A DNA stretch of 63,931 nucleotides, counting the filler, from Hausera hauseri (lineage: Eukaryota), in NCBI GenBank assembly GCA_046269625.1. It is 12 parts of 12 records of this genome, joined end to end, with 100 filler letters (N's around TTAATTAATTAA, not from the genome) between each part and the next. Parts side by side here need not be neighbours in the genome. Positions count along the whole stretch, not along the records: positions 10,236 to 15,304 come from JBJURY010345713.1; positions 15,405 to 20,771 come from JBJURY010269619.1; positions 20,872 to 24,854 come from JBJURY010840857.1; 9 more parts are not named here. One strand, given 5' to 3'. The notes below the pieces were generated by a model. That model ran no database searches, had not been told where the DNA came from, and saw nothing but the letters and a program-made list of their open reading frames with translations. Below, one piece after another: positions 10,655 through 23,082 of the stretch (the stretch's first letter is position 1; the number at the start of each line of letters is the position of its first letter). The position numbers were made by a program, and so were the translations under genes.

Positions 10655-11853
10655 AACATGTCCGATTTGATTACAATAATAGCAAAATCTATTTTCATTC
10701 ATCATACTTACCTGAGTTGGATAGTTTCGAGCTACATGTCATCATTGTGCACAGATATTGCACTGCTTATGTTGTTGAATATAAGGTGGCATTAATACCG
10801 GCATTCTTTTAATTTTTGGACAAGGCTTAGTAATATGTCCAAATTTCTTACATTGGTTACACTAAATTGATCTTTTATAATTGACTTAATCTCTTTCTAA
10901 CACCACTACTTGTTGCTGCGTAGTCTGTGATCGAAGAGGATATCGTTTTTCCTCTTCTGGAGGGTTGATCCATTGTGTTCTATTCAGATTTGCTCCAGTA
11001 GCCATGTCTTTAATAGGGGTACCCATTCTTTGTGATTGCAAATTTGCCCTTATAGGTGATTTTACAGTATTTGGGTAAATAGTGGGAAACAAATTTTGAT
11101 TAACATTCTGGTTAGTGCCAACATTCCAACGAAGCGGATCCCAACGCGGTATCGAAGGAACTTGCCAACCGGCCTGTCCATATGATCACGAAGGAGTTCG
11201 CCAAGCCTGGATATACCGCCTAAAATTTTGATTTAAATCTTGAGGTCTAAAGTTACTGCTTGAAATTTGATTGCTATTAATTGAATTTTTATTAATTTGA
11301 TTTAATTTGTTCTCTACGTTTTCAAAATTTATTGCTTTTCATATTAGCTCATTTAAAGTAGAAACATCACTTTTAATTAGCTGTCTTTAGAGTTTAGGGC
11401 CATTAAGTCCAGTGATAAAACAATCTATTGAAATAGGCTCCAATGCGAAAATCTTAGGTGCACCTTTATCATCTTTGGCAGTATCTTCCTTCTCCAATGC
11501 TTCCTTGTATCGTTTACCAAGTAGTTAAAGAGCGAAAGCAAATTTATTAACAAATTCTCCTGGTAGTTGGACTCTAGACCGTAGACTTCTTAGTTTTGCA
11601 TTTGAAGATGGATCGGGATACATGTTTCTTCTAAGTACATCAACAAATTTATCCCAATTCATTTTCTCCTTTTTCTCAATTTGCAAGTAAGCTTGTAAAG
11701 CAGTTCCCGCCAAATGTGCAACTAAACGTTTAATTTTCTCCTTATCATTTTATTCTAATCCGTCTGCCGGCTCTGCGTATACTAACATAAAATCATCAAA
11801 TTCCGTGGTTTCCCGGAATAGCGTCCTAAGTTTAGGTTTGCAAATGTGGACAT
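10655..11853 (-). pseudogene. gag: Gypsy/Metaviridae-type LTR retrotransposon gag with three CCHC zinc knuckles
   Basis: Capsid: RYSG..EFDDFM...E*NDKEKIKRLVAHLAGTALQAY, LRSRVQLPGEFVNKF, DCFITGL..STLNELI. Knuckles: CNQCKKFGHITKPC, CNICAQ**HVARNY, CYYCNQIGHV (truncated). Confidence 0.88.
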
Positions 11854-12008
11854 TCTTTGTACTTGCGAATATATAAACTCTTCTGTAGGGGTGATAACAC
11901 TATGCTCAGTAACTTTTCTTATAGTGCTTTCGTTTACAATTACTTTTTCGTTGAATGACCTCTTCAACTTACTAGCCAGACCCGAAAATTTTCAAATTCG
12001 ACAATCGG

Positions 12009-12026
12009 GTCCTAGCGTGGTCGCCA
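12009..12026 (-). promoter_or_regulatory. Primer-binding site, tRNA-Arg type (TGGCGACCACGCTAGGAC)
   Basis: Begins TGG about 170 nt upstream of the gag ATG. Its complement GTCCTAGCGTGGTCGCCA resembles 3' ends of eukaryotic tRNA-Arg(TCG) plus CCA. Confidence 0.75.
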
Positions 12027-12691
12027 AATTTATGTTTGTTTCTAAGGTTATGGTAAACAGTACAACCTCCAAAGTCTAAATTAATTTATACAGCTAATTT
12101 AGTCTTTTCCCACACGTATTCTACCTTTTTCTTTTTTTAATATTCAAATAGGCCCACTTATCGAAAGGCAAACAAATGATTTTATCAATCAATTCAAAAA
12201 AATATTTTACAACCAACGGAACAATTGTGGCAATTTACCGAATCGTCCACGTATTACTCGGTACAATCAGACGATTTTGTCAGGCAGACGATTTTAGGGT
12301 CAAATAGTGCCTTTAGATATCAAAAAAATATATTACAATTAAGATCAAAATAAAAGGAAACAAATAATTATACCCACTGGTATTTCAAGTCAAACTTCAC
12401 TAGTGATTCCTTTTCTTATTTCTTGGATGATCACCACAACACTTGGTTATAATCGAATCGTGAAGAAATTGACGAAAACAACCATCAAACTTGAAACTGT
12501 TATAGAATCTATTTATTTATTTTACCAACACATGTATATATATACATATCTCATGCGGAAGAAAAATTAAAATCAATTACTGCAGCTATTATGCTCCTAA
12601 ACAATGTGATGCTATTTATCTAAAAATAATTACAAAAATAATTGCGACAGCTGCACAGTTTCCTGCCGCAATTACAATGCTGTCTTCAACA
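12027..12691 (-). repeat. Candidate LTR
   Basis: Non-coding stretch directly 5' of the PBS. Contains TATATA (about 12540) and AATAAA (about 12515) on the minus strand, with a possible TG start at 12691. No second copy in the window, so the boundary is uncertain. Confidence 0.4.
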
Positions 12692-12749
12692 TAAGGAGGG
12701 GCTTAAGATGGTATTTTCCACTAACGTCAGTAAAAAAATAACGGAGAGT

Positions 12750-15304
12750 CTAAAGTAATGGAATCTGTCCATGTGTACAAATCATCAGCAATTGGTATTT
12801 GATTGGATTGCTTTGCTATTGAAGCTTCATGGTAAAACTGGCTCAAATGTAAGGTAGCCATTTGAGGACTATCAGCATCTTTTAGGACACGTGGGGTATA
12901 AAAGGAAAAATCTCATGATGGATGTTCTAAGAAGGAAAGATCTGACCAGGAACAGTGGGGTATTGATGATGACAATTTATTTGAACATTTCGATATTACG
13001 TTAAGTATAAATTTAGAATGCCATGGTGGTAAGAGCCAGTTAAAATGGTATCTTTCTTTATAAATATCATATGCAATAAATACCATGTATTCGGCGTTCA
13101 TTTTGCCTGAAATATAATATTCATTAGTTTGAAATATGGATAAGAAAGATTTGAAGCCATGCTGGCTAAAATTAAGATCCATTTGGCCCAATAAGTGTAG
13201 AGGATAAGTGTAAAAGGTTGAGAAGGTACTGTGGATCGAAGGTTACTATTACCCTGCCAAATATGGCGCGTTGGATATGGGCCCTGCATAACGCAAAATC
13301 CAGTGAACCTTCCAAATCGTCCAATGCGATTCAGTGATAATGTTTATCAATGTTATCTATTTTCTCTCTTGGTCTTACATATGATTTGTATCTTATTGTT
13401 AATTGTTCATCAGGATCATTAGTAAGGTCGTCTAAATATATTTGAATAAGCAACGGCAAATTTCCTGAATAAGCTAAGGTATAGCCTACAAAAAGTAAGT
13501 TGCGAATTGAATAAGGATTAGGAGTGCGGATATAAGAACGTAATGCTTGAGTTGGAGGTTGTGGGAGCCAATCTAATTCCTTAAAGGATAGTTTTCCATT
13601 AGGTGATGTATGACAATATTGATACTAGAACTGAGTATTTACATATTCAAGTTCGAAATACAGAATGGATGTTTCCCTAGTTAAGATAGTCAATAATTCT
13701 GAATCCCAAATATATTCTGTTATCAAAAGTGATCTTTGAGACAATGCATAGAGCATAAATTTAGGGAATGGTGGTTTAAAAATTTCAGAGGTTGTGACGG
13801 AAATTTTGTAATGGCGAACAATTGCTCAGTAATTTGTTTTAAGTAGATGGGTCCATAACTATGGGACCAGTAAGAAATTAAAATGCGTCGATCATGTAAA
13901 CTATAGCTTTTATACTTATTTGGGATTGTAAATACAGAAGGATGTTTGGTGATTCTATAACGGAGTGTTCTATCCATACGCAGCGATCTATATACAGCGC
14001 GTGAATGTAGTACTTCATAGAGAAAAGGTATATGTGCGCTTGTAGGTAGGTAAATAAGTAGGCGGGGCATGTATTCTAAACTTGCAAATTGCAGGCTTTG
14101 TGCCATATTTCGAATTAATGGTGAATAAGTTAAAAAATGTTGTGATTGGGGGTAAGATTGAGAGGAAAGTAAGAGGAGGTGTAGGGGTGGGTGAAAATTA
14201 TTCGATAAACGCTCAATAGATGCTGATTCTGTTTCTATACCAATAGTGGAACACAGGTTCAATGATTGCTGTGGACACTGCATTTTCTTGGGGGTTATAG
14301 TAGATTTTGTCGGAGAAACTGATCGACCACTGGGATTTGTAGATGCCACTAAAAATAAAAGTGGTTATTATAAATACATGCCCGCACCTGAGAATAATAG
14401 GTCGTGGAAAATCTCAATTGTCATAAGACACTACTGTAAATATCATCATTTCGTCTGCCGGCAATTTCGTCGGGCGCGAAATAGTTTAACTTAAGGTTAA
14501 TATTATACGATGGTATGTTTTCATATTCATTAAGATATTGCGCATAGAATGTCTCGCTCGATTTTTTAAAATACACGGCGAGGGAAAAACATACTATGAT
14601 TAATATGTCTGAAATGATAATTACGACCACTTATATATAGAAGGGAGGCAATGAGTTTTGTTTAAATTTTACAAATGCACTAGTTGTTCAGGACGGTATA
14701 CGAGAGAAGAAATAAAAATCAAATTTTTGTTTCCAATTTGAAAAATTTTTAAAGAATAGTATGGGCTTATCCAAAAGCGTAGAAGTAACGAAACGTGTTG
14801 CATTGCGTCTGTGTTTTACTAGATTTAATAAAGATTGATTAGGTGTATTTTTAATTGTTGTAGTTTGGAGATTATGTTTCCTAAAAATAATTTGGCAGTT
14901 TAACGTAGTAACGCTTGGTTTTATGTGTGGTGATAACTTAGATGAGAATAAATGCTTTAAATTTAGTGTAGTATTAATTAGGATTCGATGTGAGGGATAT
15001 ACGAAAACTGCAAATTGAATTCGACATACTGAGGGTCGAAAATGAATATCTTCCTTTTTTACTACTATAAGCTGAGGCGAAGAAGGTCCAACAGACACCA
15101 ATCAATGTTTCCCTACATATGTGGCTTCCAACACTGGGGGGTTCCACCGTGTATGTAAATCGTCAATTGAAGAATAATGGATTGCTTTCCACAAAAATGA
15201 TCCTGATGTATAAAAAGATTGAACAAGGGGAATTAACCAATCATGTATGAAATATATATTTGTCTCAGATATCGGAATAGTAACTCGAATCCATGTTGGC
15301 TTAT
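12750..15304 (-). pseudogene. Decayed env-position membrane polyprotein of a retroelement (ectodomain - TM - Tyr tail - internal signal - ectodomain)
   Basis: Intronless ORF fragments 14688-15101, 14421-14630 (TM VVIIISDILIIVCFSLAVYF + KK, tail with YENI and IYSSV), hydrophobic PRPIILRCGHVFIITTFIF near 14350-14410, S/T-rich start of 13723-14349, then 13098-13289 and 12913-13191. Confidence 0.45.
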
Positions 15305-15841
15305 NNNNNNNNNNNNNNNNNNNNNNNNNNNNNNNNNNNNNNNNNNNNTTAATTAATTAANNNNNNNNNNNNNNNNNNNNNNNNNNNNNNNNNNNNNNNN
15401 NNNNCAGACTGAATGTACACAATTACATTAATTGGTCAGAGAGTTTCAGTATTGTGCCACTGATAATCAATGAAATTGTGCTAACTTGTGCTAACACATT
15501 CTAACCGTTATTAGAGACATTCATCCCTGTGCAACCAATGATGACATTGTCGATGTTAATTTTCATATTGTTTGTCATACTACTGTGGAATATTACGCTA
15601 TATCACAGCATAATTTTCGTTTAAAATGTAATCGTTAGATGACAATTTTACTTACGTTGGACACTAATTTAAACTAATGTGAATATTTTTATTTATTTCA
15701 GTATGGAGAATTTATACCGATCTTGATAATGAATGTTTAAAGCCATTTCATCATTTACTAAATAATTATTCATTGGTGTTCGGAGCCATGGAAGGACAAT
15801 ATGCCGGCAATAAACAAGGAAAAAGTAAATTATTGCTTCAG

Positions 15842-16004
15842 TGATTTAAAAAGGGGATTTGCATTTGTCGAATACAATGATCATAAATCAGCAGCGATTG
15901 TCATGAAGAAAATGATTGGTAATGGTATCCAATTGTGGGGTCATACGGTTGCTGTTGATTGGGCGGAACCAGAACGAAAGGTTTATGAGGAAATTATGTC
16001 GAAA
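15842..16004 (+). pseudogene. Isolated exon encoding part of RRM2 of an RBM47/A1CF/hnRNP-R-Q family protein
   Basis: RGFAFVEYNDHKSAA...IQLWGHTVAVDWAEPE...EEIMSK, bounded by cag| and |gtcagt. No other exons recognised. Confidence 0.75.
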
Positions 16005-16104
16005 GTCAGTTTCTTTTTCATATTTATATTACGTAGTTTATATGCAGTAGATTCACTATTGGATTTTTACTGGAGTAAATGAAACATTGCTTCATTTTAG
16101 CTCA

Positions 16105-16393
16105 GACAAAGTGTACAGTCAACGATTAGAAAATTTTATGTTGATTAATAATATGACAAACATTTTTTTTCGCAAATGAAGTTATTGTTATGAAATATTG
16201 AATTCAAAAATGTTATGTTACTTCACACTTCTTTAATTTCCCCACTTTCATCCAGAAGAATTTTGTTAATTAACAAAGTTTGTGACAAAGTGTACAGTCA
16301 ACGATTACAAAATTTTATGTTGATTAAAATATAGCAAACATTTTTTCGCAAATGAAGTTATTGTTATGAAATATTGAATTCAAAATGTTATGT
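16105..16393. repeat. About 112-bp direct repeat (16105-16218, 16284-16393)
   Basis: gacaaagtgtacagtcaacgatta...gaattcaaaatgttatgt twice, nearly identical. Confidence 0.9.
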
Positions 16394-16631
16394 ATGATCT
16401 GTCCTAAAAATGTATAAGTACATTTTCTCAAATTCTAAAACACTCATTCATCCGATTTAATACTTTAAATAAACTCGAAATGCCCTGAAGTTCTATATGA
16501 CTAACGTACATCATGGTTAGGTCGTTTTCCCAAAAACTTTTATGCTAATAAATAATATGAAAAAAAGATTTTGCAAGTAAGCTGAAATTATGAAATAAAA
16601 GGTTTTAAATGTATCGTATTTCCGAACTTCA

Positions 16632-16786
16632 GTTTTAACAAATTTTACAAAAGAAATGTTCAACAACTTTCTCATATTATTAATCATCATTATATTTTGT
16701 ATGTGTCTCTGATTATTTGTTATAAAAATGACCCATATTTACAGTAAAATCCCTCATTTATGGTACTTGTACAATATTCCCCACCT
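16632..16786 (-). repeat. Dispersed repeat, inverted copy of 39660-39912
   Basis: aatgacccatatttacagtaaaatccctcatttatggtacttgtacaatattccccacct is nearly the exact reverse complement of 39792-39851. Confidence 0.9.
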
Positions 16787-17880
16787 GCATGAGAAAATAT
16801 TGATGAATTAGCATAAGACATATTAATAGAACCCAATAAGCAGATCATCAGTGTGATCAGTAACGAGAACGGCTAATCATAACGATGCAGTATCATTTAC
16901 TGAATATTTTACTTTTCATTTTACATTAAGTATCGTTTTACTATTTTGCTATTTTCTCTCACTGTTCTCTCATCTTTCATACCAGTACCGGTTATAAACT
17001 TGCATAATTAATATGTCTCTATTTACTAGACTTACTATTTGTTGTCTAGTGACTCTCAGTCTGGATTTATAAATTATAAAATGATGGGTAGTGAAGTGAA
17101 TAAGTGCCTTATAGACTTAAATAATAAAAATTTATGAAATGTTCATGTACCATACTCATTTACATTTAATATTAATAATCACAACAAATTCAAGTGTCCA
17201 ATCCAAATGAAATTTCATGTTTATATTCATTCTTGTATTTCAGCCATATTGGAATGGGAACTTTTGAAGATGTTATCTTAAAAACTAATGACGATGACTT
17301 TCGTGGCCATTTAATTCGTTCGTTCATCGATTTGCACAAATGTAACTAATTGAGAACAGCCACCATTTTGTTATCATCAATTTCATGTAATCAAATTTTG
17401 TTGTGAAATAAAAAATTAGCCATTCAGTAACTTTCAGACCGCCTTGTACATACGAACAAAAAATGTTTCAAATATGCCAATCATAAAATATCAATAAATT
17501 GTATAATTGATTTTTACTTATCGAAAATATTCAATTAGATATGCAGAATTGTTAACAATTTTCGTTGAATTTTTATGATGCAAATTAAAATAATTCCATT
17601 GGATAATTTTAGTATGACAAAGACATTTCGTAGATATAAGTAAGTAGATTGGTATTTGTCTCTGTTAGTTTTAGTTCTACATTAAATGTGTTTGTTGTTG
17701 TTCTTATTACTTAATATGATCAGACGTTTCGTTGTGTTTGGCTGAAGATGTATCAGATTGTTGGCCACACAGATCTCGACCAGACCAAAATAAGATTTGA
17801 CTTCATCTGCTAATCATGTGCTGATCTACTAGAATGATTAATAGTAGTCATGGCGAATATTGATTTGTTGTATTTTGTAG

Positions 17881-18637
17881 GTGTGAAAAAGGTGCAATTG
17901 GCATTCAATTTCTGTGACTACTATGGTCAGTACGTGTGCGACAACGGTAAATGTGTACCAGATGGATATAATTATAGATGTGACTGCAACAAGGATTTCG
18001 TAGCCAGTAGTGATGGCAAATCATGTAAACGTAAGTCATAAGATAACATCCATGACCAGTTATGATCAAGTGTAACAGGACAAGTGGATTATTGCAGTCT
18101 GTATCAGAATATGTTGTGTCAGAATGGAAAATGTATCAATACGGCCAGTGATTATGAGTGTCAATGTGATAGGGGGTATTCTACATCATTTAACAAAAAG
18201 AAATGTACAAGTAATTTGCATAGAACTGTCGATGATGTAATCATTCGAGTATTGTGCAGGTATTTGTGATTTGTATTCAATGAGTCTCTGTCCAAATGGC
18301 CGCTGTGTACCACAACCATCAGGGGAGTATAGATGTGAATGTAACAGTGGCTATGCATCATTTGATAAAGGAAAGGATTGCCGTCGAATAATGAACGACG
18401 AATCAGGTAATTACAAGCTGTGTAATTTGATTATTATTTGTTGTGGAGTTGCAGAAGGGACAGTCAAGAAGTCAGGCAACACAAAGACACTGAATCATGG
18501 AACGGACTTTTGCTCGTACTCGTATTACAACAAACAATGCCAGGGGGGTGAATGCATAAATACAGGGGACAATTATAAATGTGAATGTTTACCGGGATTC
18601 CAGAATGACAAGAATGGACAGGCATGTATCAAATCAG
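17881..18637 (+). CDS. Host EGF-repeat (fibrillin/fibulin-like) protein, four exons: 17881-18030, 18079-18210, 18260-18406, 18455-18637; other exons not resolved
   Basis: One 6-Cys EGF-like module per exon (C..NGKC...Y.C.C..G.....C). GT-AG phase-1 introns of 48, 49 and 48 nt. Confidence 0.85.
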
Positions 18638-19427
18638 GTGGGTTATTTACTAACTAATGTGGATAAAAAACTGCATTCGAATACTATTGGAATATTTACT
18701 CATTATCAAATAGAAAATGTTTTATAATATATGATTGAATAAAATGTCACACAGGTGCAACAATTCTCATTGACTAGTTATGCAGCATTACAACATATAA
18801 AACACGGTTTGTGTGGCCACTGGCATCCATTTTGTGAAATGACGAATACATTCCATTCAGTAACTGCACTGAGGACGGATGATGCGGCATTATTGCGCTA
18901 ATTGATGAAATATTATAGCTAATATTGATTTTCTTGTTTAATTGTATTATTTAATTTCAAATATCAAATCAATTCGCAATGTAAATAATTAGATGTAAAT
19001 ATTTTACAACATTTTACAGATAACTCATGGCCATTTCAAAATTGTGTTACTCTTGTCATAACAAATGGAAACAACATTCTGACTGTCCAATGTTTGTCTA
19101 TAAATGGAAATGTTTATTTTGTGAAATGGTGGCTCATTCACTGGACTTGTTTTATTCAGTGAAAGTTTTCAATTGGTACTAAATATGACACAATATGTGA
19201 TTATAGAGTCATCTAGAAAGACGAGGATCTCATTATTATCCAATGAAATGACCTGAATATTGGAATATTTATAAAAATATGACAGAAAATGGCGACCAGT
19301 CATTTCAAATCCACTTTTGTATAACAAATAATAAAATATTTCACATAAATTCGTAAAAGTAATGTAATAAACAAATCAGATGTTTAACCGAATTTTCTTA
19401 GGTGTCAACATCAAAATAAATAATCGC

Positions 19428-19474
19428 TGTGTTTGTGTGTATGCATGTATGTGTGTATGCATGTGTGTGTGTGT
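19428..19474. repeat. Imperfect (TG)n microsatellite
   Basis: tgtgtttgtgtgtatgcatgtatgtgtg... seen directly. Confidence 0.85.
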
Positions 19475-21601
19475 ACTAAATGTCATCATCATCAATAAAC
19501 AAACTATCCGGCATTATCGTTCATATTTATTTTCTAGTAGCGTTATTTAACAGTTCTATTTTATATTTGTGTTTATCCGACTAATACATTCATAAATAAA
19601 TAAATTTTATCCGGATTAGTCTGGATTATGATGAACTATTTTCATTACTATTCGGTCATTTTTAAATATGACTTATTTGCACAAATCAATCATTTCACAA
19701 GGTCATTCAGTGATTTAAATGACATTACTCCAATAGATGATGACAATATTGATTATGACGTCAGATATATAATCCGCCATATTGCGCAACCAATACTATA
19801 AATCCATTTTTATTACAAATCGATTATTTTTATCAATCTATTATTCAAAATGTATAATTTCAATAACACCAACATCAAACTCATCACCTATTATAATGCT
19901 ACAGTAGTCATAAAGGGAGTAGACATTTATGCGGTATTCTATGCACCGAGAACATTTAAAAAGGGATGAAATTAGTTGACTATTCCATGAGAGTTGTTTA
20001 TGAGAATTTCAATACATTTTATAAGCATAAAACACACTCAGAATTTGTATCAGTTGTGTCGGCGATCTGAATACTGATATTGATGGTAATGAGGAGCATG
20101 ACATGGAACCCTTCATTTTTGACCAGGCATTTTCTCAAAGCGCTCCAATATTTATTAATTGAAAAGTTATATATTAACTAGATGAATGATGGACACAACC
20201 TCCTTGTACGAATGTTCCTCACCAGTAATGTCCTAATGTTTGACTTCCCTTTTCATCAGATGGTGGCCATATGGAATAATTTGAGTAGATTGCATTATCT
20301 GTTCTATCAAACATTTGAGACATACGCCGCAAATGCTATTCATTTACAACAAAATACAAATGTTGAATTTTTCTGGCCACAAGTCATAAATTAATCGATG
20401 ATAAGTAAGGTTATTAACGTGATAACGTTCACCTTGATTGCAAATATACTGCAACAATGTCACTATATTTAGTTGCATTTATCTCTACCATCAATCAATA
20501 ATTTTGGTGAGTGCAATTTGTATAATTATCATTGCTGTTCTTATTATTTCTGGTCATTCTTGTTTATCACGTACCTTTGTGTGTTTTTGACTATCTAGGT
20601 ACGATTTACGACTAATTCCTTGTTGAATCACATTTATGATCGATAAATCAATATTTATAGGCAGTAGTTTGTAAATATACAAATTTCAAATTACATATAG
20701 CCAAAACAACATTGGTCTATCAATATGTCCTTATTTCATTGGTTCTTGTTAGGATTTCAGGTATGCATACANNNNNNNNNNNNNNNNNNNNNNNNNNNNN
20801 NNNNNNNNNNNNNNNTTAATTAATTAANNNNNNNNNNNNNNNNNNNNNNNNNNNNNNNNNNNNNNNNNNNNATTTTGGATGACAATAAAAATTTTCTACA
20901 ACTGGTGTTTACTTTTCAATGAGTAATTTCAAACGATCCCATTCTGATTCAGTAGATATACCAGAGGGCGGATGTTTTCCAACCCTACCCAAGCTGGGTG
21001 ATGACGTGGACGGCGTGGATGCACACGTTGCCAACACTTGCAGAAATAGATATTGATTTGTAGTTTAGCGCAAATCGTTCCGGTCGACGCGTGTGATAAG
21101 TGGTAGTGATTCCTGGTGCAAATATTTCTGATGCGGAAGTTCAATCGGATGATGACACAGACTATATTGCAGCTGGGAACGATAAATGTCCACTTGATGA
21201 ATCGGATGTCGGTACGGATGATGACGATGTACCATTAGTCAATTATGTTCGTAGCAGCACAGATTCTGATTACGAAGTTCCTTTAGACAGGCTGATTCAA
21301 TCTGAAAGTCGATTATCCAACCAAAGAAACAAAAATGATCACAGTTTTCGTTGGCGTGCCATGAGTCAGCCAGTTATTGATACAGCTTGGAATGATGTAC
21401 TACCTTCTGGTTCAAATGAAACAGATATTCCAATTAATTACTTCGAGCAATTCTTGACAAATGATATGAAGCAGTTGATAGTCACCGAAACAAATGCTTA
21501 TGCTGTTCAAAATAGTTCAAGTTTTAGAACTGTGTAAACTGTGGAGAAATATATCGGATTCTTACTGCGAATGTGTATAGTACACGTACCTTGCTATAGA
21601 C

Positions 21602-23082
21602 CAATGATGGGCAAACAACGACCCGCGAGCCAACTCCGGACCGGGGAAAGGTTCAATGCGGCCCGCCGCATATTTTGTAATAATAATTAAAAATAGCAAT
21701 GACACTCAGTGTTAAAATAATAGGTTTTAATACGAGTTGAAAAGGTGGAGTAATATTGCGAATTTTGATTTATATATGATACGTTACTAATTGCGTCATC
21801 TGACTTGAAACTTTCGCAAGCGCAGTAAACACAGTTTGCATGCATACGATCGTTAAAGGGACCAACAAGAGGGTCATAAATTTTTCGAAGGTCTATCAAT
21901 TTTGAACGTACCTACATCAAGAATGGAGCGACAGAAGGAGCTCCAAGTATCATAGGGATGTCTGGATTTGTTGGGATTTTTAATCAAAATTACCCCGAGA
22001 ACAATGTTGTTTTTCTACATTGCATCATACATTAATACATCTTATGAAAAAAAGCATTGAATATAAAACCTGTCCTCGATGTAATTGTAAAGCTTGTAAA
22101 TACTATTCGATCCCGTGGGCTTACTCACAGACAATTTCAAGAGTTCCTTAATTCCATGCAATCTGAATACACCGATGTACTGTACAACACGAAAGTAAGA
22201 TGGCTTAGTACAGGACGCGTCTTCGAGCGAGTTTGGCAACTAAAAGACGAAATAGTATCTTTCTTCCATGAGAAAAAATTGTCTGCGGAATGTGAAATTT
22301 TAGAAGATTCAGCATGGCTCTCGGATTTTGCATTTTTCACAGATCTAATCTGTCACATGAACAAATTAGATATTAAGATACCAGGAAAAAATCAATTTAT
22401 TGACGATATCTGAGGGTCACCTTAAAGGTTTCAAACAACAACTTGTTCTATTTGCCAATCAGCTAGCTAAAAAGGACTTGTCTCATTTCACGAGGCTAAA
22501 TTCACTGACTGTTGTGAAGGATGATATGCTTAGGAATAATGAAGATAACTTGAAGAAATTTCATGGCGAATTTGAAAAAATTTTAAGACTTCAGGGCCTT
22601 TTAATGTGGACTGTGAAGTAGTGAAACCAGACCTGCAGATTGAATTAACTGAACTCCAATCTAATAATCATCTCAAACAATTATTTATAAATGTTCCAAA
22701 ATTAGAGTTCTACAAAGGCTTGTCGAAATCCACTTTTCCAAATTTAATATCTCATGCTCAGAGAATTTGTTCAATGTTTGCATCTTCATATATTGGTGAG
22801 CAGCTTTTTTCAATAAGAAAAATTAGAAAAAGCTGTGTAAGAAATAGATTGACAGATGAACACTTCAGTTCACTCTTAAGAATAACTACGTCCCTATTTG
22901 AACCAGATTATGATGAACTATTATCAAAACTCTCGCAGCTTCATACATCGCATTAGTTTAATTTTGTTATAATAAAAAAGTCTTGCTCACTTACCATATT
23001 TTTTAATAAAAAATTATTATGGCCCGTCAAAATTTTTTCTTTTAGTTTTTGGACCGCTCCTAAAAAAGTTTGCCTATCAATG
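21602..23082 (+). mobile_element. hAT (Buster/SPIN/Charlie-like) element, internally deleted, 1481 bp
   Basis: 15-bp TIRs caatgatgggcaaac / gtttgcctatcaatg. 8-bp TSD CTATAGAC at 21594-21601 and 23083-23090 with central TA. Confidence 0.95.
21926..22956 (+). pseudogene. hAT transposase, C-terminal portion (GTF2IRD2/SPIN-like)
   Basis: TEGAPS (TDGA), LHCIIH, RGLTHRQFQEFL, VRWLS, FASSYIGEQLFS, RNRLTDEH. Frameshifted. Confidence 0.92.

Noticed and set aside
10285-10812. Plus-strand ORFs of 175 and 121 aa
   Set aside because: Antisense to gag knuckles and crossing a junction; products of the GC-rich block.
12009-12026. tRNA gene
   Set aside because: Only the 3'-terminal about 18-22 nt including CCA are present, with no cloverleaf. 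It is a PBS.
12263-12275. caatcagacgatt shared with position about 952
   Set aside because: A short match without flanking similarity; likely chance.
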